A stretch of 64,000 nucleotides of DNA from Bigelowiella natans CCMP2755 (taxonomy: Eukaryota > Protista > Cercozoa), in NCBI GenBank assembly GCA_000320545.1, contig ADNK01002342.1:18864-82863 (forward strand), read 5' to 3'. This document shows positions 62,238 to 64,000 of this stretch, piece by piece. The translations under genes were made by a program, and so were the position numbers. The notes beneath the pieces were generated by a model. It made no database searches. It saw only the letters and a list, made by a program, of their open reading frames with translations, and had not been told where the DNA came from. Position 1 is the stretch's first letter, and each line of letters begins with the position of its first letter.

Positions 62238-64000
62238 TTAAAAAAAGGAAGGTTCATTACCACTGCTGAACTGGAATTCTCCACTATGTCCCTGATCGAA
62301 ATCCGTGCTGCTGAACGCATTTCCTGCTTGCGAAAACGGAGTCTCCGAGGGCCCAAAATCTAAAGCGGATTGGGAACTTTTTGGCTCATCTTTTTTATCT
62401 GAACCTATACCTAAGTCGCTATTTGAGCCAAAATTGCTTCTCTGGTCAAACTTCCCGTCCTTATTTTCCCTACTGTACATAGATGTTCAAAACACAACAT
62501 GTAAATCGACTTTCGAAAATTATTATCCAAGAGGCAGATTTTGTATATTGCTGTACAGACTGCTGTATGGATCTGCCTTGCTTCTAAAGACTTTTTTGCA
62601 GCTACTCATGGCATCATGTTTGTTTTGCATTCATATTCAGCGAATTAGGACCCGACCTGCTATTGTTCGACGCGGGATCGCCTGCCATAGAACTATCCCC
62701 GAACCCAAAATCTCTCTTTTGCTCCTCAAAACCACCCTCCTGATCTCCGCCTGAACCGAAGCCTTCCGTGCTAAAGTCGCTGCCAAAAGGCGCTGGTGCT
62801 TGAATCGACGAAATACCCGCCGGTGATACCTCTTTTGACTGCCTTTGATCGGAGCTATCATTCAATCCGGAAGAACCGAATTCGCTGTTGGTAGTCCCTA
62901 ACCCTGCCCCTTCACTGGGTGCTCCACCGAAACTAAAGTCTCCTGGTGCAGAGTTGTTGTTGAAGTTACCTGAGCCAAAACTATTTTCTTGCCCTTCCCC
63001 GTTTGCTGCGTCTCCTCCACTGAAACTGAAACTGCCTCCATCCGAACTACTTGGTTGAGCGCCGAATGGATTCGCTCCCTCATTTGATGATGATTCATCG
63101 GGGGCACCGAACTGAAAGCTGCTACCCGGTTCCGAACTACTCGGAAAGCTCGAAGATTGTTCCTCAGCAGCAGGCTGGCTCCCTGGTTTGGGAGCTGCGC
63201 ATGCTTTGCAATCTTGATCTTTGCTGTCGTTCCAGACTAAGCAATTTGCGCATTCCCACCCTTCCTCCTTCTCGCCGATATTTCCCCAGCCCTCTGCTTC
63301 ATCATCGGTGTCCTTCTTATCCTTCGCTGGATCCGCAGACGACGACAGGTCTTTCGCATTCGCTTCAGCTCCATCGAAATCACTCTTCTGCTCCTTCCCT
63401 TCACTGGGTGCTCCACCGAAACTAAAGTCTCCTGGTGCAGAGTTGTTGTTGAAGTTACCTGAGCCAAAACTATTTTCTTGCCCTTCCCCGTTTGCTGCGT
63501 CTCCTCCACTGAAACTGAAACTGCCTCCGTCCGAACTACTTGGTTGAGCGCCGAATGGATTCGCTCCCTCATTTGATGATGATTCATCGGGGGCACCGAA
63601 CTGAAAGCTGCTACCCGGTTCCGAACTACTCGGAAAGCTCGAAGATTGTTCCTCAGCAGCAGGCTGGCTCCCTGGTTTGGGAGTAGCACACGCTTTGCAC
63701 TTCAAATCTTTGCTATCATTCCAGAGCAGGCAACTTTCACATTCCCACCCTTCCTCCTTCTCGCCGATATTTCCCCAGCCCTCTGCTTCATCATCGGTGT
63801 CCTTCTTATCCTTCGCTGGATCCGCAGACGACGACAGGTCTTTCGCATTCGCTTCAGCTCCATCGAAATCACTCTTTCTTCTGAGCCACCCCCTTCCGCT
63901 GAGTCGCCACCTGAGCCAAGGCCAAATTTGGAGGACTCACCGCTGAAATCATTAGTTTCGGCTTTCGCATCAGCCTCTTCACCAATACTGCTACCACCAA
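62238..64000 (-). CDS. FG-repeat nucleoporin-like protein with RanBP2-type zinc fingers, 3' part only; intron 62473-62656
   Basis: WECANCLVWN....DCKACAAPKP and WECESCLLWN....KCKACATPKP; FQFG, FSFG and NPFG repeats. Confidence 0.8.
62908..63876. repeat. Intragenic tandem duplication, 489-bp (163-aa) period
   Basis: ttcactgggtgctccaccgaa at 62911 and 63400. Copies are near identical except within the zinc finger. Confidence 0.92.

Noticed and set aside
1-64000. tRNA, rRNA or other structured RNA genes
   Set aside because: None recognised by eye; a tRNAscan-SE or Infernal run would be needed to exclude them.

Overview
Intron-rich eukaryotic (protist-type) nuclear DNA; the lineage cannot be fixed from sequence alone. 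I find about 12 spliced or single-exon genes: the 3' ~17.4 kb of a giant UBR4/BIG-type E3 ligase, an MFS transporter, an uncharacterised protein carrying an Hsp70-like fragment, PGS1, a micro-exon ADISSP/C20orf27 homolog missed by the ORF track, an SLC35F5-like transporter, organellar IF-3, a PhyH dioxygenase, a DOT1-like methyltransferase, Bud22/SRFBP1 with an S1 domain, a beta-propeller-REJ-GPS polycystin-like receptor, and a RanBP2-zinc-finger FG nucleoporin. There is also a decayed, 5'-truncated LINE. The standout signal is non-coding. Discrete intergenic or repeat islands (about 42.3-43.1, 47.1-50.9 and 60.0-62.0 kb, weaker at 17.8 and 28.3 kb) have lost TpA dinucleotides, mostly except inside CTAG. 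The LINE ORF has no tyrosine (conserved Tyr positions read His or Arg), and duplicated copies differ by reciprocal CA/TG swaps. This points to a targeted TpA->TpG/CpA hypermutation process, the mirror image of fungal RIP. All counts were made by eye and need computational confirmation. Splice sites are inferred from GT-AG and reading frame, not from transcripts.
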